A stretch of 64,000 bases of DNA from Octopus vulgaris (lineage: Eukaryota), in assembly GCA_951406725.2 (NCBI GenBank), contig OX597823.1, positions 64,480,001 through 64,544,000 of the forward strand, read 5' to 3'. The notes under the pieces were generated by a model, which saw only the letters and a list, made by a program, of their open reading frames with translations, did no database searches and had not been told where the DNA came from. Of this stretch, positions 1 through 11,848 are shown piece after piece. The number at the start of each line of letters is the position of its first letter. Within the stretch, counting starts at the first letter, position 1. The translations under genes and the position numbers were made by a program.

Positions 1-1932
1 ATTTCATAGGCCATGTGGCAAATAATAATTTCATAGGCCATGCAGCAAATAATAATTCCATAGACCATGTGGCAAGTAATAATTTCATAAGCCATGTGGC
101 AAATAATAATTTCATAGGCCATGTGGTAAATAATAATTTCATAGGCCATGTGGCAAATAATAATTTCATAGGCCATGTGGCAAATAATAATTTCATAGGC
201 CATGCAGAAAATAATAATTTCATAGGACATGCAGTAAATAATAATTTCATAGGCCATGCGGCAAATATTAATTTCATAGGCCATGCGGCAAATATTAATT
301 TCATAGACCATGTGGCAAGTAATAATTTCATAAGCCATGTGGCAAATAATAATTTCATAGGCCATGTGGCAAATAATAATTTCATAGGCCATGCAGCAAA
401 TAATAATTTCATAGGACATGCAGTAAATAATAATTTCATAGGCCATGCGGCAAATAATAATTTCATAGGCCATGCAGCAAATAATAATTCCATAGACCAT
501 GTGGCAAGTAATAATTTCATAAGCCATGTGGCAAATAATAATTTCATAGGCCATGCAGAAAATAATAATTTCATAGGACATGCAGTAAATAATAATTTCA
601 TAGGCCATGCAGAAAATAATAATTTCATAGACCATGTGGCAAATAATAATTTCATAGGTCATGTGGCAAGTAATAATTTCATAAGCCATGTGGCAAATAA
701 TAATTTCATAGGCCATGTGACAAATAATAATTTCATAGGCCATGTGGAAAATAATAATTTCATAGGCCATGTGGCAAATAATAATTTCATAGGCCATGCA
801 GCAAATAATAATTTCATAGGACATGCAGTAAATAATAATTTCATAGGCCATGCGGCAAATAATAATTTCATAGACCATGTGGCAAGTAATAATTTCATAA
901 GCCATGTGGCAAATAATAATTTCATAATCCATGTGGCAAATAATAATTTCATAGGCCATGTGGTAAATAATAATTTCATAGACCATGTGGCAAATAATAA
1001 TTTCATAGGCCATGTGGCAAATAATAATTTCATAGACCATGTGGCAAATAATAATTTCATAGGCCATGTGGCAAGTAATAATTTCATAAGCCATGTGGCA
1101 AATAATAATTTCATAAGCCATGTGGCAAATAATAATTTCATAGGCCATGTGGCAAATAATAATTTCATAGGACATGCAGTAAATAATAATTTCATAGGCC
1201 ATGTGGCAAATAATAATTTCATAGGCCATGCAGCAAATAATAATTCCATAGACCATGTAATAATTTCATAAGCCATGTGGCAAATAATAATTTCATAAGC
1301 CATGTGGCAAATAATAATTCCATAGGCCATGTGGCAAATAATAATTTCATAGACCATGTGGCAAATAATAATTTCATAGACCATGTGGCAAATAATAATT
1401 TCATAGGCCATGCAGCAAATAATAATTTCATAGACCATGCGGCAAGTTATAATTTCATAAGCCATGTGGCAAATAATAATTTCATAGACCATGCGGCAAA
1501 TAATAATTTCATAGGCCATGCGGCAAATAATAATTTCATAGGCCATGCAGCAAATAATAATTCCATAGACCATGTAATAATTTCATAAGCCATGTGGCAA
1601 ATAATAATTTCATAAGCCATGTGGCAAATAATAATTTCATAGGCCATGTGGCAAATAATAATTTCATAGACCATGTGGCAAATAATAATTTCATAGGCCA
1701 TGTGGCAAATAATAATTTCATAGGCCATGCAGCAAATAATAATTTCATAGGACATGCAGTAAATAATAATTTCATAGGCCACATGGAAAATAATAATTTC
1801 ATAGGCCATGCAGCAAATAATAATTTCATAGACCATGCGCCAAGTTATAATTTCATAAGCCATGTGGCAAATAATAATTTCATAGACCATGCGGCAAATA
1901 ATAATTTCATAGGCCATGCGGCAAATAATAAA
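1..1932. repeat. 27-bp minisatellite array (~70 units, runs off the left edge)
   Basis: Consensus ATAGGCCATGTGGCAAATAATAATTTC repeated in tandem with point variants and two identical 7-bp-deleted units near 1258 and 1575. It explains the ANNNFIGHV-repeat ORFs. Confidence 0.97.
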
Positions 1933-1974
1933 TTCACATGCTTTCAAATATATACAACAGCAATAACAACAAGC

Positions 1975-2400
1975 ATTTTAAGTCCATTTTCCTGGACTTT
2001 TAAGTCCATTTTGCAAACCCCATTACGGCCTTTTTTTATTTTATCATACCTAGTGCATTCGTTATCATCAATCCTCTTACTCTGGTTCCATCCTCTATCA
2101 TCTTTAACCATATCTTCCTCTTCCTCTACTTCTACATTTATTTCCATTACTTCTCTCATCCAGTCACTTTCATCCTTCCTAAGCATATGACTCAACCACT
2201 TCCTCCCAATTCTCTTCATAACATCCATCACTTGCTCTAGTCTCATCATCCACAACAATCCATTGTTTTCCCTTTTCTGTCTCTGCAATAGTCTACTCAT
2301 CCACCAAACCATACTCATTTCTATTTTTCCCAGCCTTATCTGCCACTTTATCTTCCTTCATTGCCCACGTCTCACTCACTAATCATAGCCCATCATATAC
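1975..2400 (-). mobile_element. Decayed RTE-clade LINE C-terminal fragment
   Basis: Minus strand reads SETWAMKE...MVWWM...RKWLSHMLRKDESDWMREVMEINVE, resembling RTE post-RT motifs (SETW, RWM, W.GH..R). Confidence 0.6.
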
Positions 2401-2429
2401 ATACAAAGAGCATAAACCTTTTCCATCCA

Positions 2430-3050
2430 ATAAAAAAAAAAATGACTAAAACATGGAAATTGTAGACTATAAATTCTCAAAGGGAAATTAATAACTTCAA
2501 AACTGAAACTCAGACTCAAGATATTCTGTGAAAAACTTTATTATCAGTAAATGGAAAAATACTTCAATGAAACAGCTTTAACCAAAAGTTTGCTTTTAAT
2601 CACAGACCATGTGGAGGAGAATACCAAAAAAAAAAAAGAAAACTATATCTTAGTAAAAAGAGCCCTTTCTCAGGAAGATCTTCAATTGCTTTCATCTAAG
2701 ATCTGGAATGTAAAGAAAAAATATCCATTGATAAGACTGCATCAGGGTTAGATATAATCAAAAAAGAATACTGTACCAACTTTGACAGAAAAACTGATAT
2801 AATCAACTTTAAAACTTTCACTAAAGCTATAGGGAAGTTGCATAGTCATAAGACACCATGAAGATGCTAGTTATTGGATACTAGCACAAGATGTTGACAC
2901 TCTACAGAAAGCCATTGATATGTATATTTAAAAGAATTATGAAAGGTAAGATATACCAAATTGATATATCAGTTTTGCTTACTACAGCCAAGAACAGATA
3001 CACAGACTTGGCAGCAAACTATAAATCCATTGCTTGTCCTTTTATCACAT
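2430..3050 (+). mobile_element. Decayed R4/Dong-type LINE fragment (region just N-terminal to RT)
   Basis: Broken frames give KIWN...KAIGKLHSHKTP...YRKPL...AANYKSIAC, resembling the NWKAPG.D and NYRPI.C motifs also seen at 42059-42313. Confidence 0.55.
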
Positions 3051-3061
3051 ATAGACTAAAA

Positions 3062-3185
3062 GGCAGTGAGCTCGCAGTATCATTAGCACGCTGGTCAAAA
3101 TACTTAGTGGCATCTACATTCTGAGTTCAAATTCCACTGAGGTTGACATTGCTTTTCATCATTTCTGGGTTGATAAAATAATTAA
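3062..3185 (+). mobile_element. tRNA-derived SINE family A, truncated
   Basis: GGCAGTGAGCT head, GAGTTCAAATTCC B-box and TTTCATC..GGGTTGATAAA core, matching many copies in the window. Confidence 0.75.
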
Positions 3186-4261
3186 CAGCTAAGTTAAGTT
3201 AAGTTAATTTTTGGCTCAAAAAGCAAAAAGCAAGGCCATGTAGGGGGACATGGAGTTATGTACAGGGAGGGTATTCATGCAAAGAGTTCAGGCCATTTCT
3301 GGTCAAGAGTGACTTTGAACCGAGCTAAGCACTGAGGTGGATGTAATCTACATACCTGATCCCTGAAATTACTGGCCTTGTGCCAATTTTGAAATTTTGA
3401 AATAATTATTATTTCTATTATTATTACTAGCAGGACCCATGAATAGTTCATGGAATTAATGGTATACATAGTGGATTATTTCCGAAAACTTTATCCAGAA
3501 AACCTGAAAGCATAGCCTGTGTTGTGTCTGTATGGAGAAATAGTCAACCATTTATTATTTATTGAAAATTGAAGGAAATTAAAATATGATGATTACTTAA
3601 TGCACTTTATATACACACTTTATATACGTTATGCAGAATTTCATAGACTTAATACACAGCAGTCATAAAATAAATATTCACATGAATTTTACCATTTTCC
3701 CCATAAGCAAAATAAAAATATTCCTTACATATGAAACAACTTTTAGTTAAATTACATATATCTGCCATGTAAATAAGCGTGATTATTTCAGAGAGTTACA
3801 CTTATGTGCATGCATTAAGTGACAGGTGATATAAAAATCTTACTTCAATTAAAAAGAACACATTTTCACTATCCAATCACCACCACCATCATTTCTCGCT
3901 TCTCCTCTCTCTCCTCTCTATCTCCTCCCTCTCCTCCTCTCTCTCTCCCTTCTATCTATCTCCCTCTCCCCTCTCTGTCTGCCTTTCTTTAACCTCACAA
4001 TCAGAACATCACCCCTCTGCTAAATTTATTATGTTTCCCCTACCTCACGTCATGGACACTTCTCTCTTCATCTTCATATTTTTCTTTATCTCTTTTTTTC
4101 TTCTTCCCTCTTTGTGTGTCAGTCTTCACCTTATCCTCTTTTTCTCTCTCTCTCCTTTTTCTTTCTCCTCACTTTTGCCTCAACTAATCATGTGGAAGTG
4201 TTACCGATGGGCTTAGTAACGCAATGACAAGCAGAATTATAAGATTATTACTGAGTAAGAG

Positions 4262-4481
4262 AGCAGTATTTTGTCTGTCTTTATATTCTGAGTTTAAACT
4301 CTGCTGTGAATGACTTTGCCTCTCTTTCTTTCGGGGAAGGGGGGTCAATAAATTAAGTACCAGTTATGTACTGGGTTCGAGCTGATCGACTGGCCTCCCT
4401 ACCCCCAAGAAATTTCAGGCCTTGTGCCTCTAGTAGAAAGGATTATTATTATTATTATTGTTGTTGTTATTATTATTATTA

Positions 4482-4545
<64 letters not shown>

Positions 4546-4552
4546 TATTATT

Positions 4553-4608
<56 letters not shown>

Positions 4609-4619
4609 CATTATTATTA

Positions 4620-4710
<91 letters not shown>

Positions 4711-5160
4711 TTTCAAGATGGCAGAATTGTTAGCACACCAGGTGAAGTGTTTAGTGGTGTTTTGTCTGCCTTTACATTCTGAGTTCAAATTCTGCTGAGG
4801 TTGACTTTGCCTATCATCATTTCGGGATCAGAAGATTAAGTACCAGTGATACACTGTGATCAATGTAATCGACTAGTCCTTTTCCCACCCAAATTGAAAG
4901 CCTTATGCTTTTAGTAGAAAGGATTACGAATACTGATTTTTAGGGCAGTGAGCTGGCAGAACCATTAGCATAACGGGCAGAATGGTGAGCGGCATTTCGT
5001 CTATCTTTACATTCTGAGTTCAAATTCTACTGAACTCGACTTTGCCTTTCATTCTTCTGGGGTTGATAAATTAAGTACCAGTGAAACACTGGGGTCGATG
5101 TAATCGACTAATCCCCTCCCCCAAAATTTTAGGCCTTGTGCTTTTAGCAGAAAGGACTAT
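4262..5160 (+). mobile_element. Three tandem SINE family A copies (4262-4442, 4716-4927, 4944-5160) with an intervening (ATT)n
   Basis: Repeated GAGTTCAAATTC / GACTTTGCCTTTCAT / AATTAAGTACCAG / GGCCTTGTG..TAGTAGAAAGGATT modules. The core resembles the Meta/MESC-type SINE domain (recalled, not searched). Confidence 0.85.
4443..4697. repeat. (ATT)n/(ATC) microsatellite at a SINE tail
   Basis: Directly visible trinucleotide run. Confidence 0.97.
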
Positions 5161-5184
5161 ATTTATTATTATTATTATTATTAT

Positions 5185-5742
5185 TGAGTGAGAGAGCAGT
5201 GCATGCCATCAAAGTGACACTGGGGTAAAATATACAAAGATCCAGTATACCCATCATGACTACCCGTCTGATAAGGGTACACCAGGTACATGCATCACAA
5301 CCATATGTGCGTGACACGGTGATCCCATATCAAGATAAACAGTACATGACCTAGTAGGTGGGGCCCAGTTAGAATTTTCTTCTGGTTGAGTAACCCATCC
5401 TACTCAAAAGGTCCCTGAATAAGGGTTGTTTAAGGATGTTGAACGAAACACCTATGTTTCCAGAGGTGAATTATTCAAACTCCAAAGAATCCCTCTCAAC
5501 ACATGGCTATGATGCTCCCTCACTGCTTCTGCTCATGATCAGAGATGCACTTATCGTCAGCCACTAAGGGACATGGTCAAATGGTTAAGGTCAAACAACT
5601 GACAAGCAAATCTGTGGTATTGAGCAGAATATTTGCTGTAGCCCATCTTTTATACCAAGACAAAACAATATACATGATAACACTTCCAATCAGTTAAGAT
5701 CAGAAGCCATGAGAGCCACTGCCTGGTACTGCATCAGGGCAT
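5185..5742. mobile_element. Unclassified ~560-bp element embedded in (TTA)n
   Basis: GC-richer complex sequence with sharp boundaries, flanked on both sides by TTA repeats. No ORF and a single copy in the window. Confidence 0.4.
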
Positions 5743-5757
5743 TTATTATTATTATTA

Positions 5758-5807
<50 letters not shown>

Positions 5808-5845
5808 GTTGTTGTTGTTGTTGTTGTTGTTAGTAGTAGTAGTAA

Positions 5846-5892
<47 letters not shown>

Positions 5893-5912
5893 TGAGTAGT
5901 AGTAGTATGAGT
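5743..5912. repeat. Compound (ATT)(GTT)(AGT) microsatellite
   Basis: Directly visible. Confidence 0.95.
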
Positions 5913-6637
5913 AGGAGTAGACAAAGAACACAAAACTCCACCCAACAAAGAATCACTAATGACATTGCACATACTCTAACGTGCACAATGCACAAAAGAC
6001 TAAAATAACACCAGAAACAGAACGGTTAACCAAATCCTGAAGCCAAATTGAAGCTGATACAGTTTAATGATACATTTCTACATCCCCAGACATCAACATT
6101 ATGCACACCGCAGGAACACGAGAGAGAACTTGGTCATAAAACTGTTGAAAAGGTAACAACAACAACAACAACAACAATAATGATAATGATAGCAACAATA
6201 ATTAGGTAATTATGATAATAATCAGGATGATACTGCAGGAAAATAAAATAATTCCGTTTCCTGTTGATATTGATAGCAATGTACCTGAAGTGTGGGTTTA
6301 ATGGCTATTCTAAAATATAGAAATGCAGTTTTGGCCTGTATAAAGTATGGATGGGAGTAACAGAGATTGGAGACGAGATATGGAAAGAGGGAGACGAAGA
6401 GTTATATAAGAGATGGAGAAGGAGAGAGGGATGGAGGGAGAGAGAAATGAGAAATTGAGAGTGCAAAAAGTGAATGAATGAAATGGCATTAATAATAGTG
6501 TGATACAAATGTAGACGAAATGTTTACGATGTTTTGGGATGCTAAATCAGCTGCCTGTTGGAAGCTGAAATAATGATATAGATGCTTCTCAAAAGATTCT
6601 GTACTATCCAAATAAAGTGAATTCAACACTAAATTAA

Positions 6638-6847
6638 CCCTTTCATTACTGTATTTATTTCTGTTTCTTTCAATTAGTTTTAAATATAAAAAGAATTTAG
6701 TAAAATAACTTAATTATCATTAAGCTAGTGTTGGGAACATAAATTGTGACTAAGGTTCGGTGGAAGATTTTAATTCAAAACTTATGAAAACTAGACATTT
6801 GTACTACAGAGCCATAGGTGGTTTCAGCCAGGTTGGTATCAAAAGGG
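6638..6847. mobile_element. piggyBac-type (TTAA) MITE, copy 1
   Basis: TTAA|CCCTTT...AAAGGG|TTAA termini. Internal sequence is shared with 11849-12069. Confidence 0.8.
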
Positions 6848-6860
6848 TTAAAGTATTTTA

Positions 6861-6894
<34 letters not shown>

Positions 6895-6901
<7 letters not shown>

Positions 6902-7110
6902 ATCCAAACAAGAAAACACAAAAAAAACACAACAACGCAAGGACGTGGAACAAATAAAGTATTATTGGACGCTCAGGAAAGAAGGGAAGAAAGAGGGTTT
7001 AACGTTTCGAGCGGAGCTCTTCGTCGGAAACATAGGAGAAGGAAAGATCCCGAGAAGGGAAGACAGAGGAAAAAAATCGCCAACGGTACTCACGAGGTCA
7101 CATATTGAAA
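6895..7110 (-). mobile_element. TA-embedded Penelope-like terminal repeat fragment with a hammerhead-like motif
   Basis: Minus strand CCGACGA-AGAGC-TCC-GCTC-GAAACGTT...AGCGTC. Related copies at 7755-7960, 52990-53180 and 63650-63725. Penelope assignment is inference. Confidence 0.5.
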
Positions 7111-7970
7111 GAGATGGAGAAGAAGAGAGGGAGGGAGAGAGATAAATGAGAGATTGAGAGTGCAAAAAGGGAATGAATGAAATGGCATTAATAATAGTGT
7201 CATCATCATTTAATGCCTGTTGCCCAAGCTGGTATGGGTCGGACGGTTTCACCAAGGCTGATAAGCAGGAAGGCTTCATCGGACTCCAGTCTGAATTGGC
7301 ATGGTTTTCTACAGCTCGATGCCCTTCCTAGCATCAACAACTCCAATATTGAATGGATGTGTAGACACATATGAATGTTTATGTAAGCATATATGCATGT
7401 ATGTGTAGTACAGCTGTGGGGTTGAGAAGATTGCTTCTCAACCACGTGATTTTGAGTTCACTCTCAATATGTGGCACTTATGAGTGAATTTGGTAGATGG
7501 TAACTGAAAGCAGTCCATTGTGTGTGCATGTGTGTGTATGTGTGTGCATATGTGTGTGTGTGTCGTTGGTGTTAGGAGGGGCATCCTGTCATAAATACCA
7601 TATCAAAATGGACACAGATGCATGGTGCAGGCTTCTGCCGGCCAGCACCTGTCAGACAATCCAACCCATGCCAGAATGGAAGGAGAAGATTAAACAATGA
7701 TAATGATGATGATGATATATGTGTGTGTACACACACACACACACACACACATATAGTTAATGCAAAAAAGAACAAAGAAAAAACAGCAAGAAAAAAAAAC
7801 AATGAGAGGACATGGTACATGCAAAGTATTAGCAGATGCTCAGGGAAGGAAAGAAAGGTAGTTTTACATTTCAAGCAAAGCTCTTCTTTGGAAAGTCCAA
7901 GAGAAAAGGAAGACAGAGGAAAAAATTGCCAATAATCCACATGTAGTTACATTTTGAAATATATATATAT

Positions 7971-8640
7971 TTCATTTTTGTATTTGATTTGCAAGATTCT
8001 TTATATGAATTCATGTGTTGAAGCATATTTTATTGTGTCTGGGGAGAGTCATTCTCTTTTAGTGCCTTATTACTTAACACACTCACCGGTTTGATTTCCA
8101 CTCATTTACTTATTTATTGTTTCTAAAATTTCTGTTGTATCTTGCAACCTTTTCAATAGCTGTTGAGTCAATGATTATTGAAAAGTTTGCAAGATGCAAT
8201 GAAAATTTTAAGCTTGCTTACTAACTACATGGTCCTGGGTTCAGTCCCACTGAGTGACACCTTGGGCAAGTGTCTTCTACTATAGCCTCAGGCTGACCAA
8301 AGCCTTGTGAGTGTGTATATATATATATAAACATATATATGTGTGTGTGTGTTTATGTATCTGTGTTTGTACACCCACCATCACTTGATAACCAATGTTG
8401 GTTTGTTTATGTCCCCGTAACATAGCAGTTTGGCAAAAGAGATGTATAGAATAAATACTAGGTTTACAAAGAATAAGTCCTGAGGTCGATTTGTTTGACT
8501 AAAGCTGATGCTCCAGCATGGCCACAGTCAAATGACTGAAACAAATAAAAAAATAAAAGTAAACAAGTGGAAATCAAATTGGTGAGTGTGTTAAATAATA
8601 AGGCATTAAAAGAGAATGACTCTCCCCAGACACAATAATA
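7971..8640. mobile_element. Foldback (palindromic) element flanked by TA runs, interrupted by a SINE B copy (~8211-8548)
   Basis: Left arm TTGTGTCTGGGGAGAGTCATTCTC...GCAACCTTTTCAATA is mirrored by TATTGAAAAGTTTGC...GAGAATGACTCTCCCCAGACACAA. Same family at 30318-30549. Confidence 0.75.
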
Positions 8641-8751
8641 TATACATATAACATACATACACACATATATATATATTTATGTTTATATACATATATATGT
8701 ATATATTTATATACATATATAAATATATATATGTATATGTATATATGTATA

Positions 8752-10630
8752 TCATCATCATCATTTAACGTCCGTTTTCCGCACTAGCACGGGTTGGACG
8801 GTTCGACCGGGCTCTGGGAAGCCAGGGGCTGCACCGGGCTCCAGTCTGATCTGGCAGAGTTTCTACAGCTGGATGCCCTTCCTAATGCAAACCACTCCGC
8901 GAGTGTAGTGGGTGCTTTTTACGTGCCACCTGCACAGGTGCCAGGGGGGTTCCGGCATCGGCCACGATCAGTTGGTGCTTTTAACGTGCCACGGGCACGG
9001 AAGCCAGCCAAGGCGGGGCTGGCATTGGCCACGTTTGGATGGTGCTTTTCTTTTTATGTGCCACTGGCACTGGAGCCAGTCGAGGCAGTGCTGGCATCGG
9101 CCACATTTGGATGGTGCTTTTTATGTGCCACCGGCACAGAAGTTAGTCGAGGCGGCGCTGGCAACGGCCACGTTCGGATGGTGCTTTTTATGTGCTACCG
9201 GCACAGGTATCACAACTACTATTTCCATTGATATTTATTTCGATGTTCATGTACTTGACTCAACAGGTCTCCTCAAGCACAGCGGGATGTTCTGGAATCC
9301 AAGGTACTTTGAATGGGCAGGGGCTATGCGGAAATGGTGCAGGAAGCAGCCCGGGTCTTTGCAGTCACAACATGTCTCCAGAGATCTCGGTCCTTTGCCA
9401 TTGCCTCAGTGAAGCCCAACGCTCTGAGGTCATGCTTGACTACCACATCCCATGTCTTCCTGGGTCTACCTCTCCCCCTGATACCTTCAACTGTTTGGGA
9501 GTGGCACTTCTTCACACATCTCTCCTCATCCATCCGCAGTACATGACCATACCATCGCAAGCGTCACTCTCGCACACCACATCTGATGCTTCTTATGTCC
9601 AGCATTTCTCTCAGGGTGCTTACCCTCTGTCGTGCACACACACTGACATTATACATCCAGCGGATCATGCTAGCTTCATTCCTTTCAAGTCTACGCATGT
9701 CCTCTGCAGTCACAGCCCATGTGTGCTGAGTTCGCCTTTCTGCTTACTATAACTTTGGGCTTTGCTACAGTTACTCTAAGGCCCTTTGATTCTAACCCTT
9801 GCTTCCACACCCGAAATTTCTTTTCTAGTTCCGGTAGTGATTCTGCTATGAGAGCCAGGTCATCAGCATAGAGGAGCTCCCAGGGGCATCCTGTTTTGAA
9901 TTCCTCTGTTATTGCCTGGAGGACTATGGTGAATAAAAGGGGACTGAGGGCTGAGCCTTGGTGTACACCTACTTCGACCTGGAATTCTTCACTATATTCG
10001 TTGCCAATCCTAACCTTGCTGACAGCCTCTCTGTATAGGGCCTGTACAGCCCTTATTAGCCATTCATCAATCTCCAGTTTCCACATCAACCACCAGATAA
10101 GGGATCGGGGGACCCTGTCAAAGGCTTTCTCCAAGTCTACAAAAGCTATATAGAGGGGTTTATCTTTAGCTAGGTACTTCTCCTGCAGTTGTCGGATCAG
10201 GAATATAGCATCAGTGGTGCTTCTACCCAGCACAAAACCGAACTGCATCTCATCTAAGCAAATTCTCTCCCTAATGAGATGGGTTATGACCCTCTCTGTG
10301 ACCTTCATCACCTGATCCAACAGTTTAATACCCCTGTAGTTATTTCTATCTAGAGCATCACCCTTACCCTTGTAGCAGTTGACTATGGTGCTGCTACGCC
10401 AGTCATTGGGTATGACTCCATTATGAACTACCTGGTTTACAATGCGGGTGACTTGGCCATAGCCCACATAGCCAGCTGTTTCAAGCATCTCAGCAGTGAT
10501 TCCTGATGGGCCTGGGGCTTTACCTGGTTTCATATCCTTAATTGCCTTAACTACAAGGGAGCTGTCTATTCGGATAGCTGGTCCCTCTACTGGGTCAACA
10601 TTTGGCAGGCTCTCCTCCTCCCATTCATTC
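8752..10630 (-). mobile_element. 5'-truncated RTE-clade LINE with internal deletion, repeat-rich 3' UTR and (GAT)n tail
   Basis: RT segment 9730-10630, C-terminal [13 protein letters not shown]...GRGRPRKTW at 9324-9690, tandem ~60-bp UTR repeats at 8890-9200 and CATCATCAT tail at 8752-8765. Confidence 0.93.
9730..10630 (-). pseudogene. RTE LINE reverse transcriptase fragment (~300 aa open)
   Basis: GKAPGPSG, NYRGIKLL, QFGF..GRSTTDAIF, FVDLEKAFDRV, GVHQGSALSPLLF and LLYADDL motifs. No endonuclease or start codon, and a deletion follows VSRKAN. Confidence 0.92.
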
Positions 10631-10632
10631 TC

Positions 10633-10681
<49 letters not shown>

Positions 10682-10683
10682 TT

Positions 10684-10770
<87 letters not shown>
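10633..10770. repeat. (TA)n-(GA)n-(GATA)n compound microsatellite
   Basis: Directly visible at the RTE truncation point. Confidence 0.95.
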
Positions 10771-11848
10771 ATAGAAAGATGCACACATACATATGTCCTG
10801 TCTGCCTGTCTGTATGTATGTATGTGTGAGTGTATGTTTGTGTGTATGTTTGTGTGTACCTTTGTTGTGTTGCCATCACATGATAGTTGTAAGCAAGCCT
10901 CACCAGCAAACATGTGATGTTGTTTGCTTCTAGTCTTCCTTGCAAAACATGTTTGTCCATAGGGGAAAATATTATTTTGTTTGGAGACTGGCGAGGATTG
11001 GTGACAGCAAGGTCATCTGACCATCAGAGAAGCTGCCTCAAATAATTCTGTCTCATCCATGCCAGCATAGAAATGTGGATATGAAAATGGTTGTGATGTA
11101 CGTATGTATGTATGTTTGTGTTTTGATTTGTCTGTCTGATTGCCTGTCTGTCTGTGTATTTATCTAGCTATTTATCCATCTGTCTATATGCATGTGTGTA
11201 TGTGTGTGAATATATATATATGTGCGTGTATATGTATCAATGCACAGACCACATTTTAAATACAGGGGTCATTTCATGAAATAAACAGAACCAAAACATC
11301 AACAGAACAGAAAATGGCTGCGAGATGAATGCTTTGATGCCTGATCTCTTCTGATGTTGGATATAAATGGGATGGGAATTCTGTTCAGAATATCAGTAAT
11401 GTTGAGTTAGTGAAAAAGAGAAGAGGAGTGAGGAAGAGAGCATGCAGTATTGGGTATGTAGCAGAAACATCAATCAAAGTGAAAAAAAAAATTTACTTTT
11501 TGTTTAAATATTAGTGTTGGATTTGTCTATTCAGATGGATGGAATCTATTTGATGAATAATTGAATATATATGTAAGCATAGGAATAGGAAAATATCTAT
11601 ACAAATGTTTGATTGTGGTAGCCTTCTTGTGAAAAACAAAAGTAAATACACTTATTTTCAGTACAATTCCACCAATTATCTAGCCTCAACATTTTGGGCA
11701 ATGATAAAATGCCTTGCATTCCAACTTCGAATCTTACCAAGTACAGCTTGACCTTCTGTCTTTTAGTTGTCATATCTTTTAGGTTCTGTTGGATGAAGAG
11801 TACGAGATCCAAGAAAAGATCTCTATTTACAGTTAAGCTAGTACTTAA

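Noticed and set aside
1-1932. CRISPR array
   Set aside because: Units are contiguous with no unique spacers, there are no cas genes and the context is eukaryotic.
15-2190. 418-aa and following ANNNFIGHV-repeat ORFs as a protein-coding gene
   Set aside because: They are translations of a 27-bp satellite, open on both strands, with frameshifting deletions and mostly non-synonymous variation. No splice or non-repetitive domain support.
4366-6008. PolyY/I/L/T/N ORFs
   Set aside because: Trinucleotide microsatellite translations.
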